From positions 138,942,001-139,006,000 of the forward strand of contig JBNRSN020000007.1 in NCBI GenBank assembly GCA_051313645.2: a DNA stretch of 64,000 bases, written 5' to 3'. The notes beneath the pieces were generated by a model. The model did no database searches and was not told the DNA's origin. It was given only the letters and a program-made list of their open reading frames with translations. This document shows, in pieces, positions 47,905 through 60,155 of the stretch. A program made the translations under genes and the position numbers. This DNA comes from Centroscyllium fabricii. Lineage: Eukaryota. Numbering within the stretch: the stretch's first letter is position 1; every line of letters starts with the position of its first letter.

Positions 47905-48370
47905 GAAGAACATAAGAAGTAGGAGCAGGAGTAGGCCATACGGCCCCTCGGGCCTGCTCCGCCATTCAATAGGATCATGGCTGATCCGAACTTAGACTCA
48001 CGTCCACTTCCCTGCCCGTTCCCCGTAACCCCTTATTCCCTTATCAGCTAAGAAACTGTCTATCTCCGTTTTAAATTTATTTCATGTTGCAGCTTCCACA
48101 GCTCTCTGAGGCAGCAAATTCCATAGATTCGCCACCCTGAGTGAAGAAATTCCTCCTCATCTCAGTTTTGAAAGGGCAGCCCCTTATTCTAAGATTGTGC
48201 CCCCTAGTTCTGGTCTCACCCATCAGTGGAAACATCCTCACCGCATCCACTCGATCAAGCCCCCTCACAATTTATATGTTTCGATAAGATCGCCTCTCAT
48301 TCTTCTGAATTCCAATGAGTAGAGGCCCAACCTACTCAACCTCTCCTCATAAGTCAACCCCCTCATCTCA
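47905..48370 (-). mobile_element. CR1 3' fragment (another piece at 48698-48856)
   Basis: LTYEERLSRLGLYSLEFRRMRGDLIETYK, TRGHNLRIRG, and a TTCTTATG tail. Confidence 0.88.
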
Positions 48371-48552
48371 ATATTGAGTTCAATAATTTCAGATAATAAT
48401 CCCTGCCCCCATTTTTTATGCTGTATTATTTTGCCATTCCCATTTGCTACAGTTTCACAGCTTGTTCTTTCAATCTTCCTCCCCTCCAAACCGCCCTTCC
48501 CCCCACAACTGTCTCTGCACCTGCTTAATAGCTGTTACATTTCCAATTCATT

Positions 48553-48690
48553 CAAGTTCGGATGAAGGGTCCAGAACCCGAAACGTCAACACAATTTCTC
48601 TTTCCACGGGTGCAGCCTGGCCTGCTGAGTTTTTCTAGCATTTTCTGTTGTTATTTCAGATTTCCAGCATCCGCAGTATTTTGCTATTAT
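48553..48690 (+). mobile_element. Penelope-like family 2 terminal repeat with decayed hammerhead motif
   Basis: GTT-CGGATGA-AGGGT...ACCC-GAAAC-GTC-AAC, then CTGCTGAGTTTTTCTAGCATTTTCTG...CCAGCATCCGCAGTATTTTG. Confidence 0.7.
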
Positions 48691-49340
48691 ATTATGAACC
48701 TTCTCTGAACTGCCTCGAGAGCAAGTATATCTTTTCTTAAATATGGAAACCAAGACTGTATGCAGTATTCCAGGTGTGGTCTCACCAGTACCCTGTACAA
48801 CTTCAGCAAGACTTCTCTGCTTTTACACTTCATCCCCCTTGCAATAAAAGCCAAGATTTTGGAACAATGGAACAGACATCCTCACAGAAACCAGCAGCCC
48901 ATTTAACCAAGCCTCACAGTCCCATGATTAAAATAGTGCCGCAAGCATCTAACTTGTGTCATCCAATGACTTGACGCCTGAACCACAGCACAAATTAACA
49001 GGAGTAATCTTGAGGAAAAATGCTTTAGTAGGATATGGTGCAGAGTTTTGTTTGGCATGCCGAATGTAACCACCAGCAGATAACAAATGTCCCATTGCGC
49101 CTGCAGCGCTCAAGTCCTACCAGGGACTGAATCGGCATTTCAGCAGCAGGTTGAAGTTCTGAAAATGACACAAACTCTGCAAAGTTGGAGATGCAAGGCC
49201 TCCACTTGTCAGCTTGTGTGGAAGTAAAAGTTGCACTGTTAGATCAAGCCAAAAGATATCAAAAATACAGAAAATCTGGTCATTATCTCATTGCTGTTTG
49301 TGAGACCTTGCTGTGCGTAAATGGGCTGCCACGTTTCTTA

Positions 49341-50635
49341 CATTACAACAGTGTACTACACTATTACACATTACAACAGTGTACTACACTATTGCATATT
49401 ACAACAGTGTACTACACTATTGCATATTACAACAGTGTACTACACTATTGCACATTACAACAGTGTACTACACTATTGCACATTACAACAGTGTACTACA
49501 CTATTGCACATTACAACAGTGTACTACACTATTGCACATTACAACAGTGTACTACACTATTGCACATTACAACAGTGTACTACACTATTGCACATTACAA
49601 CAGTGTACTACACTATTGCACATTACAACAGTGTACTACGCTATTACACATTACAACAGTGTACTACGCTATTGCACATTACAACAGTGTACTACACTAT
49701 TGCACATTACAACAGTGTACTACACTATTGCACATTACAACAGTGTACTACACTATTGCACATTACAACAGTGTACTACACTATTGCACATTACAAAAGT
49801 GTACTACACTATTGCATATTACAACAGTGTACTACACTATTACATATTACAACAGTGTACTACACTATTGCATATTACAACAGTGTACTACGCTATTACA
49901 CATTACAACAGTGTACTACACTATTGCACATTACAACAGTGTACTACACTATTGCACATTACAACAGTGTACTACACTATTGCACATTACAAAAGTGTAC
50001 TACACTATTGCACATTACAACAGTGTACTACACTATTGCACATTACAACAGTGTACTGCACTATTACATATTACAACAGTGTACTACACTATTGCACATT
50101 ACAACAGTGTACTACACTATTTCACATTACAACAGTGTACTACACTATTACATATTACAACAGTGTACAGTGGCACAGTGGTTAGCATTGTTGCCTCACA
50201 GCACTGGAGACCCGGGTTCAAATGCAGCCTCGGGTACTATCTGTGTGGAGTTTGCACATTCTCCCCGTGTCTGCGTGGGTTTCCTCCGGGTGCTCCGGTT
50301 TCCTCCCACAGTCCAAAGATGTGCGGGTTAGGTTGATTGGCCAGGATAAATTGACCCTTAATGTTAGGGGGATTAAATATGTGGGGTTACAGGGATAGGG
50401 TGGGATATGTGTCGGTGCAGGCTCGATAGGGATCGAGTGATATGGGGAGAGGGCAGGGACGGGGTGCTGGGTTTGGATGATCAGCCATGATCTCATTGAA
50501 TGGCGGAGCAGGCTCGAAGGGCCGAATGGCCTACTCCTGCTCCTAGTTTCTATGTTTCTACACTATTGCACATTACAACAGTGTACTACACTATTGCACA
50601 TTACAACAGTGTACAATGCTATTACATATTACATC
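49341..50635. repeat. 28-bp minisatellite CATTACAACAGTGTACTACACTATTGCA, about 30 units plus about 2.5 units after a SINE insertion
   Basis: Tandem array seen directly; it accounts for the three repetitive ORFs. Confidence 0.96.
50169..50560 (+). mobile_element. HE1-like V-SINE inserted in the minisatellite
   Basis: Head, V-domain and CR1 tail all present. Confidence 0.92.
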
Positions 50636-50684
50636 ATGACACTACAAAAAAAGCACTTTGTTGGCTGACTCTGCTCCACTCCAA

Positions 50685-51030
50685 GAGTTGAGCACATAAT
50701 CCAGGCTGATACTCCAGGGCAGTGCTGGCCCCCGTCTGGAGGTAAAAGATCCCATGGCACTAATTTGAAGAATAGCTGGGTGGTGGGGGGGGGGGGGGGG
50801 GGTTATCCCAGGTGTCCTGGCCAATACTTATCCCGCAATCAACATCACTAAAAACAGATGATCTGGTCATTATCACATTGCTGTTTGTGGGAGCTTGCTG
50901 TGCGCAAACTGGCTGCTGCGTTTCCTACATCACAACAGTGACTACACTCCAAAAGCACTTCATTATCGCTTTGGGATGGCCTAAAGTTGTGAAAAGTGCT
51001 ATAGAAATGCAAGTCTGTTTTCTTTTCTTT
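50685..51030 (+). mobile_element. Deu-SINE with internal deletions
   Basis: TAAAAGATCCCATGGCACT...GCTATAGAAATGCAAGTCTG. Confidence 0.8.
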
Positions 51031-51589
51031 GTGTCAAAATACCAAAAGTGACATGGACTGGTTTCAAAGTCAGCTACTATTTCAGTACAGGTATTTTTAA
51101 AGGACACAGAACCCTCAAATTCTAGGATAGCAATTTCTTCCATGAAATGTGAAATTACACTGCAACATTCTCATGATGATACAGCCCGTAGTTTATAATG
51201 TTCAGTAATCTGAAGAGTTTCTGAAGTGACATGCTCTCTCGGTTCAGTGAGAACTTAGACAAATAAGATGTTCCGTACATTTCATTATTGAGAAACCAAG
51301 TGAAAACCCAGGGCCCATAAATGCGAGAAACCACCCTGACTGAAAGGCAGTACAAAAAAAGAGGAAGTAAGTCATAACAAAGTGATTAGGCAACATTAAC
51401 TTCGGGTTTTAAAAGCTTGAAGATTATAGGAGCGAGGAAGGAAAGAGGTCAGGGTAAAGGAAACATTTTGCAGGGCTATGGACAAAGAGCAGGGGAGTGG
51501 GACTAATAGGATAGTTCTTCCAAAGAGCCAGCACAGGCACGATGGGCCGAATGGCTTCTCTCTTAAGATTTTATGGTTCTAGGTTAGCA

Positions 51590-52390
51590 GTGTCCCAGTT
51601 TTGAGGTCCGAGGAAATAATGAGTTAGAGTAGGGCGTGTTGCGATGACTCTTGAATCAGCACAGGAAGGATGTAGGGATGAGGAGAGGCATTTGGATGAC
51701 ACATTCGGACCTTAGAAGGTACAAGAAGAAAATTGACAGAAACGCTGATTGCAGTAAGATTGATAGAACAGGGACACAAAAAGAGTGTTCTGGAGAAAGG
51801 TGGGGGCTAGATGCAAAAGAGGGATTGTAACCTGACCAGGTGTGCGAGACTGCACAAGAACTTCTCCAGACATGCGAGCAGTATTCAAGTCTTCGGCAGA
51901 CTTGGGCTTTATAAAGAGTTAAGAGTTGTTGAGAGGAAAAGAAAGAGGAACCGGTGTTTCTCAGAGCTTTCACAACAGAGGAAATGTGAGAGAGTTCCAC
52001 TCGAGGTTAGTGGAGATAGTGAAGCCAACATTGTTTGATGAAAAAGGACCGCGGGTGGCAGCCCTCAATTAGACTTTGTAAGAGATCTGAAGAAACAGCG
52101 TCTTTGAAGAAGGGAAGGAAACCAAACTATCATTGTCCCACTGAAGGGTATGGAAGAGATTTAGATGTAATGATTCAGCCATTTCACTATGAGAAGACTG
52201 GGTGTTGTGCAATCTGAAGGTAATTGATGAATGCAGAGTGGAATCATCAGCAAGAAAGTGGATAAGGTTGGATGATGGAATGGACGAGGTCACTGATGTG
52301 AAGGAGGAACAGAGTGGTAGAAAGGACAAAACCCGAGGGAACACTGAGCTAACAGAAAAAGCTGCAGAGAATAAGCCACTAATTACAATA
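51590..52390 (-). pseudogene. Decayed CR1/Zenon-like reverse transcriptase
   Basis: Frameshifted pieces: SVPSGFVLSTTLFLLHISDL, SSNLIHFLADDSTLHSS, QQLLTLYKAQVCRRLEYCSHVW. Confidence 0.7.
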
Positions 52391-52584
52391 CAGATAAAGC
52401 AGTGATGTCACAATCATTCTCAGTCAGATGATTTAAAAAACAGCCGTACATCCCAGACCAGCAGCGGCAACAAAGTCTGTTTCAATTATGGAGTAAAAGC
52501 TCATTTAAAACAATACCTCAGGTTGCACATTTATGCGTAAAACAAAACAGAATTTTTCAGGAAGTAAAAACCAACAGCCACTTC

Positions 52585-52790
52585 TGTGATGGCTCAAACA
52601 GCAGAACCAGTTTTTTGGGCAATAGTGGCCCATACAGACCAGGAAGATCCAATTTTGATCCCTAGTCTGCACGGAGTTCACTCAAATCAGCTGAGGGTGG
52701 CAGTAGGATGGTACAACGGAAAGGAAACCCGTCTTCCTGCTCCTGATCACAATCTAGTGAACCCTGTTGAGAGTACACAAGGCCCAGGGT
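52585..52790 (+). mobile_element. Old tRNA-derived SINE fragment (related piece at about 19250-19520)
   Basis: GGCTCA...CCATACAGACCAGGAAG...TTGATCCCTAGTCTG head-like motif; heavily diverged. Confidence 0.4.
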
Positions 52791-53259
52791 GAGGAGAGGA
52801 ACAAACCTGGGGAAAATGCCAGCAGACTGCTGGCATTTGGGGAACTGTACCCTGCACATTTTACCACTCTCAAGAATCTAAGGCCAAGGAGAGAATGGGG
52901 GGGGGGCTGGGGGGCGGGTGGCAGTGGGGAACAAACAATATTTTAGTCCATCGCACATGGGTGTCATGGCCACAGTAGCTGGCATACTTTGCCAGAATAG
53001 GTTCAAATTGCTCATGTGCCAATGCCTTATAACTGCTCCCACCAGCATTATAACTAACAATATGATCACAAAAAAATTTTTTTAAACTGCAATTTTTTAT
53101 TTAAACCAGAACACCTCCCGTGGCACTGCTCACAGAGGAGGACACCCTGCTTTAGACAATAGGGATGTTGTTATCAACAAAGTGAGACAGGGAAAGTGTT
53201 ACAGTAAAGGATGTGTGCAGTCTGGAGTATTGCTTTACATTGGCTTCCACCCCACAATT

Positions 53260-53572
53260 GATGTGGAGGTCCCGGTGTTGGACTGGGGTGGAAAAATGCA
53301 AGAAGTCACACAACACCAGGTTATAGTCCAACAGTTTTATTTGAAATCACAAGCTTTCGGAGCGTAGCTCCTTCCTCAGGTGTTTGAGAGATTCATTTAA
53401 ACACAGCATATATAGGAGGGAGAGAGCAGTGTAATCTTTCCAACATCACACCTCAGCAGAGAGACATACAAAGCAAACAAATTTGACCCTTTGTGACTAT
53501 ACCTCATTGATCTCAGGCTGGTGCCTGATTGAGATGTTAAAATATGTTAAAACACCTTTGTTTGCTTTGTAT
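53260..53572 (-). mobile_element. Penelope-like family 1 terminal repeat, longest copy in the window
   Basis: Same terminus GATGTGGAGGT..., extending through the hammerhead motif into unique interior sequence. Confidence 0.78.
53348..53382 (-). ncRNA. Minimal type I hammerhead ribozyme motif
   Basis: Minus strand CAC-CUGAGGA-A-GGAGC-UAC-GCUCC-GAAA-GC-UU-GUG. Confidence 0.7.
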
Positions 53573-53960
53573 GACCAAAAGCTTGGTCAAAGGTTTTAAG
53601 GAGCATCTTAAAAGGAGGAAAGAGAGGTAGAGAGCAATGTTCCCGCTAAGCAGACAGTCTGGAGGTCCTGCGCAGGCCACTTACTGGCTTCTGAATGGGA
53701 GATTTTACACAAATTTTGAATGGGCCACGCAGCCCATTATAGGGGGAACATTGGTAGGGAGGCGGAGAGGTTTAGGGAGGGAATTCCAGAGCTTAGGGCC
53801 TTGGCAGCTGAAGGCACGGCCACCAATGATGGAGCGATTAAAATCGGGGATGCTCAAGAGGCCAGAATTAGAGGAACGCAGAGGTCTCGGCAGGTTGTGG
53901 GGCTGGAGGAGATCACAGAATAGGGAAGGGTGAGGCCATGGAGGGATTTGAAAACAAGAC
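53572..53960 (-). mobile_element. L2 LINE 3' fragment
   Basis: GGAATTCCAGAGCTTAGGGCC...CAGCTGAAGGCACGGCCACCAATG; inverse of 59150-59380. Confidence 0.8.
53635..53753. mobile_element. 119-bp hAT-type MITE inside the L2 fragment
   Basis: TIR CAATGTTCCC...GGGAACATTG; 8-bp TSD GTAGAGAG/GTAGGGAG. Confidence 0.82.
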
Positions 53961-54638
53961 TCAATGATCTTGCTATATGTAGGGATTTTAATATATTAAC
54001 TAACTGCACAGATTTCATTTTTTTTTAAAGCACATGATCTGGTTGTGCACGCACTACATTAGCAATGCACCGTGTGCCCAGAGGGCCTGCAGGGCTACAC
54101 TGTAGATACTGTATCATAATTAAGGACAACTGCAAATATTTCCCTATATTCTGCTACCCTGAAAAGAAATGGTACTGTGTTACTATAGTCAGTAGTCACA
54201 TGCATTTTCAGGACAATAATCTCTTTTATTTCTGCTACCCTGTTAACGACATAATTTAGTATTTCACTCAATAAAACTGAATAGACTAGAAATTACTGTT
54301 GCTGACAGCAGCCGCTTCAAACATATCAGTATTTTAGACATTAATCTACTTAAAATTAATGGATAACATCTCTTAGAATGTTCCTATGACATTAATTTTA
54401 AGTGTTGTCTGCCAATATCAGCAACATTAATCTCTAGCTTGATTATCGCCCCAAATATGTCACTATTCCTAATCCCAGCTAACAGAAACATGACCACAAT
54501 AAAAATAACTACTGATAGGGTGGCAAGGGCGGTGGCAAGGGCGGCACTTCAGTTTTAAAGATTGGCGGGCATCGTACACTGTTCAAGCTTTGGCCCTCAA
54601 GGTTCATGACATTTGCTTAATTACGACCCTCCAAGGGA

Positions 54639-55101
54639 GGGCGGTGGCGTAGTGGTTATGTCACTAGACTAGTAAGCCAGAGGCTCAGTCAAATGCTCTG
54701 AGGATATGGGTTCAAATCCCACAACGGCAGCCAATGGAATTTCAATTCAATTCAATTTAATTCTGGAATTAAATGTTAGTCTTAGTAATGGTGACCATGA
54801 TACCATTGTCGATTGTTGCAAAAACCCATCTGGTTCACTAATGTCCTTTAGGGAAGGAAATCTGCTGTCCTTACCTGGTCTGGCCTACATGTGACTCCAG
54901 ACCCACAGCAATGTGGTTGACTCTTAATGCCCTCTGAAATGGCCCAGCAAGCCACTCAGTTGTAAACAACCGCTACGAAAACCAATAAGACTGCAGCAGT
55001 TCAAGAAGGCGGCTCACCACCATCTTCTCAAGGGCAATTAGGGATGGGCACTAAATGCAGGCCTAGCCAGCCAGCGACGCCCACATCCCATCAATGAATA
55101 A
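54639..55101 (+). mobile_element. MER131/Meta-SINE-like SINE, full length
   Basis: tRNA-like head (GTGGCGTAGTGG...GGTTCAAATCCC), central GGTTCACTAATGTCCTTTAGGGAAGGAAA...TGTGACTCCAG domain, and a tail shared with the LINE at 43162-44801. Confidence 0.82.
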
Positions 55102-55274
55102 ATATGAATTTTAAAAATGTATCTCCAAAACATATCTTGGTACCTGCGCCCAACCGTTACAGATCCAGGCCAAGCGGACCCTGACTTCGCATCAGCAGCC
55201 CTGCTTTCTTGAAAACAGATGGCAAGATCAAACGCTGCCTCTAGTGGGGGACAGAAGATGTGACACCCATTGTA

Positions 55275-55834
55275 CTGCACCTCCGCAAGATCCTGAAAAT
55301 CCATTGGCAGGATAGGCGCACCAACATCAGTATTCTTGCTCAGACCAACATCCCCAGCATCGAAGCTTTGAACACGCTCAATCAGCTCCGATGGACAGGT
55401 CACATTGTCCGCATGCCCAATACGAGACTCCCAAAACAAGCGCTCTACTCGGAGCTCCAGCACAGCAAGAGAGCCCCAGGTGGGCAGAGGATACGCTTCA
55501 AGGCCACTCTCAAAGCCTCCTTGGAAAAAGTGCAACATCCCCAACCGACACCTGGGAATCCCTGGCCGAAGACCGCATAAAGTGGAGGAGAAGCATCCGG
55601 GAAGGCGCCGAACCCCTTGAGTCTCTTCGCCGGGAGCAGGCAGAATCCAAGCGCAGGCAGCACAAAGAGCGCACATCAACCCAAGCACCCCACCCACCTG
55701 CCCCTTCAACCACCGTCTGCCCCACCTGTGACAGAGACTGTAGGTCCCACATTGGACTCATCAGTCACCTGCGAGCTCATTTTTAATGTGGAAGAAAGTC
55801 ATCCTCGGTTCTGAGGGACTGCCTAAGAAGAAGA
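55275..55834 (+). mobile_element. RTE LINE 3' fragment
   Basis: LRWTGHIVRMPNTRLPKQALYSEL, CPTCDRDCRSHIGLISHLRAH, (AAG)3 tail; same family as 21339. Confidence 0.9.
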
Positions 55835-56838
55835 CTGCGCCAATACTAGGTGCCGTGCAGGTGTCAAGCCAATGACCAGCAGATTGAGTTAGCTGAGCAG
55901 TGAAGTGGGAGCTTACAATGCGAGGCTAGCACTAGAGTGGAATAATTGTCAGCACCAACATGACAGTCCAAACAGTCTACAAAGAGATGAGAGCTGTGAC
56001 ATTTTACTTGAAACTTGCAGAACTACTTTGGTGCTTCGAAGACTCTCATCTTGACCCCTATTGAGAGGACTAAGTCATTTAATGTGCCAACTCCACTGAA
56101 GACCATCATTGAGAAGGCAATACTCTCCTATTTCAGAGTTAAAGAAAATGAAACTGGTCAAACAGAACCTTTCCAGATTTTTGAGGATGCTCATTGTTAC
56201 CCCAAATTGAAAGATTCATGGTGATTGCATTTACCTAGTTTAATACAAGAGTATGGTAACTAGATGCACCATCAATACCTTCCTTTTGACTCCACCTCAT
56301 ATTATTTTGTATTAATAAAAAGGACACACACCAGCATTTACCAGGCTGTTACACAATAGTGGCTGACTTCAGAAGTCAATTGGGAGCAACTGAAATGTTT
56401 AAAAAACATTCTTTGGATGAGAGTCATGAAAAATGTGTCTGTGACTGTGTAACCTTGGCAGAGATAAGCGAAAGAGAATGTTGCTGCGCTTTGCGTATTC
56501 ATAAGTTATTCAAATGAAGAAAGCATAGTCCAGAATGGAATAATGTCAGGAAGGATTTGCATGGAATGAGAGAGGAGCCTCAAATTCTATGCACTGTTTG
56601 TTGATTTGCCTCGCGAGGACCAGTATTATTTCAGAAACAAAGAAGCAGAAGAACAGTAAACTACTAGAGTATGGTTATATCATTGAATTAATTCTGCAAA
56701 TTAGAATTGAGCGAGATAAGTTATGCATAAAATTAAAACATTTCAATTGCTATATAGATTTCCACATTGGCTTATTAACCAGAATGGTGTCCATTTCTAA
56801 TGAACAATCAGCCATTTCTGGAGCTATCAGGTCCCTTC

Positions 56839-57151
56839 GGGCGGCACGGTGGCATAGTGGTTAGCACTGTTGCCTCACAGCGCCGGGGCCCGGGTTCAAA
56901 TCCGGCCTCGGGTGACTATATCTGTGTGGAGTTTGCACATTCTCCCCGTGTCTGCGTGGGTTTCCTCCGGGTGCTCCGGTTTCCTCCCACAGTCCAAAGA
57001 TGTGCGGGTTAGGTTGATTGGCCATGATAAATTGACCCTTAGTGTTAGGGGGATTGAGTGTGTGGGGATGCGGGGTGGGGTGGGATGTGTGTCGGTGCAG
57101 GCTCGATGGGCCGAAATGGCCTCTATCTGCACTGTAGAGATTCTATGATTC
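56839..57151 (+). mobile_element. HE1-like V-SINE with short tail
   Basis: Head, V-domain, tail GGGCCGAAATGGCCTCT...TTCTATGATTC. Confidence 0.9.
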
Positions 57152-57170
57152 AGTATACAACAGTAGTTGC

Positions 57171-57466
57171 TGTAATGATATGTGATCATGTTTGCTTGTT
57201 TGACTATCTATGCCTTGCTAGCACAAGGATCATAGTTGCCTGTTTGATTATCCATGCCTGGCCAGCAGAGGTCATGTGATAAGAAGCCAGTGCTGTATGA
57301 GTTAGTTTTGGTTTCAGTTTAAGTTGGATCTCTAAGATGGAGACTCTGTAAAGCTCTGTAAAAGCCTCATGTTAAAGCTGTAAGTTACTTGTATATACTT
57401 TAGATTAAACAACATTCTCCTTCATATATGTGTAGTCTTTGGAACCCACAAATACAAAACGAAACA
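57171..57466. mobile_element. Solo LTR (family Y)
   Basis: TG...CA termini, 5-bp TSD GTTGC. Confidence 0.88.
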
Positions 57467-58202
57467 GTTGCCAGCATCTTTCAAGCAGAGTTAAAGCGAC
57501 ATTTCCTGTTATTTAAATATTCAAATGTAGACATTTCCTCTTCAATTTATTAATCAGGTACTCTGGTCCAGATTATAAAGTGTACAGAATGTGTAAAGTG
57601 GATTATTCTTTCCAACTGAGAGGGACAAGGAAGAGAGGTGTTGGAGGAAGAGTACTCAATCATGTCAAAGGCGCAGAGAGTTCAAGGACGGATAACATAC
57701 CACAGTAACTCTTAGAGAGAATGGCACTAACTCTCACTGAGGCTGCTCAGATTCATCGAATAGTAAGCTACCCTTTTCAGTGGTTCAGTAAAGCATGCCT
57801 TTCTCATGGGGCAATGCAAAAGATGCCAGGTACCCACCGGGAGGGGCTTCTCAAAAGTGCCTAAGCGATCATATAGGCTTCATAGGTTGCTTTCAGTGCA
57901 TCACTGGAGTACATTGTTCCTGGTTGAGAGCTAGGAATTGATTAACAGGCAGAATCATCCTAATCAAGCTTTACCCACTTGCACTGTCCAATTTTAATGT
58001 TTCATTACAGGGCAAAGGGCACAATGCAGCCTACGGTTACGTACAAATCCACAGCTCGTGACTTAAGGTGCTGCTGTGCAAGCCTTTTCAAAGCTTACAG
58101 AGCCAGTTTGCATTCTGTCCAAAAAAAAACCCCACAAATTAAGAATGTTCATTTCTTACTTCTTCCTGCCTTACATTAAATATACAGATGTTCAAGTAAT
58201 CA

Positions 58203-58517
58203 TCGAATCATAGAATCCCTACAGTGCAGGCAGAGGCCATTTCGGCCCATCGAGCCTGCGCCGACACATATCCCACCCTATCCCCGTAACCCCACATATT
58301 TAATCCTCCAAACACTAAGGGTCAATATATCCTGGCCAATCAACCTAACCCGCACATCTTTGGACTGTGGGAGGAAACCGGAGCACCCGGAAGAAACCCA
58401 CGCAGACACGGGGAGAATGTGCAAACTCCACACAGATAGTACCCGAGGCCGGATTTGAACCCGGGCCCCTGGCCCTGTGAGGCAACAGTGCTAACCACGA
58501 TGCCACCGTGCCGCCCT
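58203..58517 (-). mobile_element. HE1-like V-SINE with short tail
   Basis: Reverse complement of 56839-57151. Confidence 0.9.
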
Positions 58518-58924
58518 AATGTTAGGGTCTTAATGTGTATTACAGATTTCACGTCTGCACTAGCAAGCGGACCCCATATCCCATACGATCAAGTGTACAC
58601 CATTACTGCCGGATATCTTGGCACATAACAGGCTGACTCAGGGCTTGCAACAATGAAACTTCTCGTTACATGTGCCCAGTATGATGAAATGTTCTAGTCA
58701 AATCAGGCCAATTGTAAACCAAGATGCTAGCTTGGTTTCATGTAATACCTGTATATGAAAACACAGTAATAGAGTTTTAGTGTGAATGTAATCTAATCCC
58801 TATTGCTCTTTGTAACACCAAAAACAACAAATTATACAAGCTTAACATCTGAAACAGGCCGTCAGTTTTACAAATCCGTATTCATTGAACTGCTGGCTCT
58901 AACCTTAAGAGCAATTACACCCTC

Positions 58925-59492
58925 ACTGCTGCCAGAACCCTCATCCATTCCTTGGTTACCTACAGACTTGACTATTCCAACACACTCCTGGCCAGAGTAC
59001 CATCTTCCACCCTCTGTAAACTGGAGCTCATCCAAAACTCTGCTGCCAGTGTACTAACTCGCACCAAGTCCCGTTCGCCCATCACCCCTGAGCTCATTGA
59101 CCTGCATTGGCTCCTGGTTAAGCAACGCTTCGATTTTAAAATTCTCATCCTGGTTTTAAAATCCCTTCATTGCCTCACCCTTCCCTATCTCTGTAATCTC
59201 CTCCAGCCCTCAATCTTTGCTCCTCTAATTCTGACCTCTTGAGCATCCTTGATATTAATCACTCCACCATTGGTGGCTGTGCCTTCAGCTGCCTAGGCAC
59301 TAAGCTCTGGAATTCCTTCCCTAAACTTCTCTGCCTCTCTTTCCTCCTTTAAGACACTCTTCCAAACCTACTCTCATCTGCCCTAATAACTCCTCATGCA
59401 GCTGTATGTCAAATTTTGTTTGATAATGCTCCCATGAGGCGCCTTGGTACATTTTACTACATTAAAGATGCTATATAAATAAAAGTTGTTGT
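58925..59492 (+). mobile_element. L2 LINE 3' end
   Basis: RLDYSNTLL...LELIQNSAA...LHWLLVKQRFDFKIL, and tail GCTATATAAATAAAAGTTGTT. Confidence 0.88.
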
Positions 59493-60155
59493 GTTGCCAG
59501 AGACCCTTCCCCAGCTCTCTGTCAGGAATTGGTCAGTTAAGCCAACACCCTCGAAGGTGCGAGTCCACTGGCAGCTGACAACCCATCCAGCCTGCCCCTC
59601 GGGTGCTCAAATGAATAAGGCCATTCAAACATATTGGGGTAAATTTTCATGGCGCCATGAGGCGGGGTTTTCGGCGGGTCGGACGGCAAAATTGCTAAAC
59701 TGGAGGTACCCGACCCCCCCGTCCCCGACTGGAGCCCCGCCACTTCCCACCGCCCTGTCTCCCCACCCCGAATCTTTCCCGCCGGCAGCCATGCTCGTTA
59801 TGCTCATTAAGGGCCCTTAATTGGCATCTGTCATGCCAATTTAAGGGCCTTTAGCAATTTTCAAGCATTTCCCACCCATAACCCGCCAGCTGCAAACCCT
59901 GCCGCTGAAACCTAGTGGAAACCCAATCGGATTACTGACTATCTGCAGCAGGTCCCTCATTAAAGCTTCAGATTTAAACAGCTATCATTGGCAGCCGGCA
60001 GGACATTGTTGTCTCAGGCCTGGGGCAACTTGTTCCAGGCTTCAGCACTCCTGCGGAAGGTTGGATCCTCACACACTTCTCCAGTGTGACCTCCTGGGAA
60101 AGCCCTCTCTTCACACTCACTCAGTGCTTCCTCAGCGGAGGCAGCCACCAGAACC

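Noticed and set aside
47572-47913. 113-aa minus-strand ORF
   Set aside because: Its start lies in a CR1 tail, and I recognise no homology.
49185-50336. Long ORFs (383, 336 and 290 aa) and a CRISPR-like periodic look
   Set aside because: They are translations of a stop-free 28-bp tandem repeat. There are no unique spacers or cas genes, and the context is eukaryotic.
56839-56910. tRNA genes at SINE heads (also 50169, 54639, 58450)
   Set aside because: A/B-box-like heads run directly into SINE bodies and lack a complete cloverleaf.
30367-57466. Two near-identical LTRs as the ends of one 27-kb LTR element
   Set aside because: Each has its own complete TSD (TTGGT vs GTTGC), and no gag/pol lies between them.
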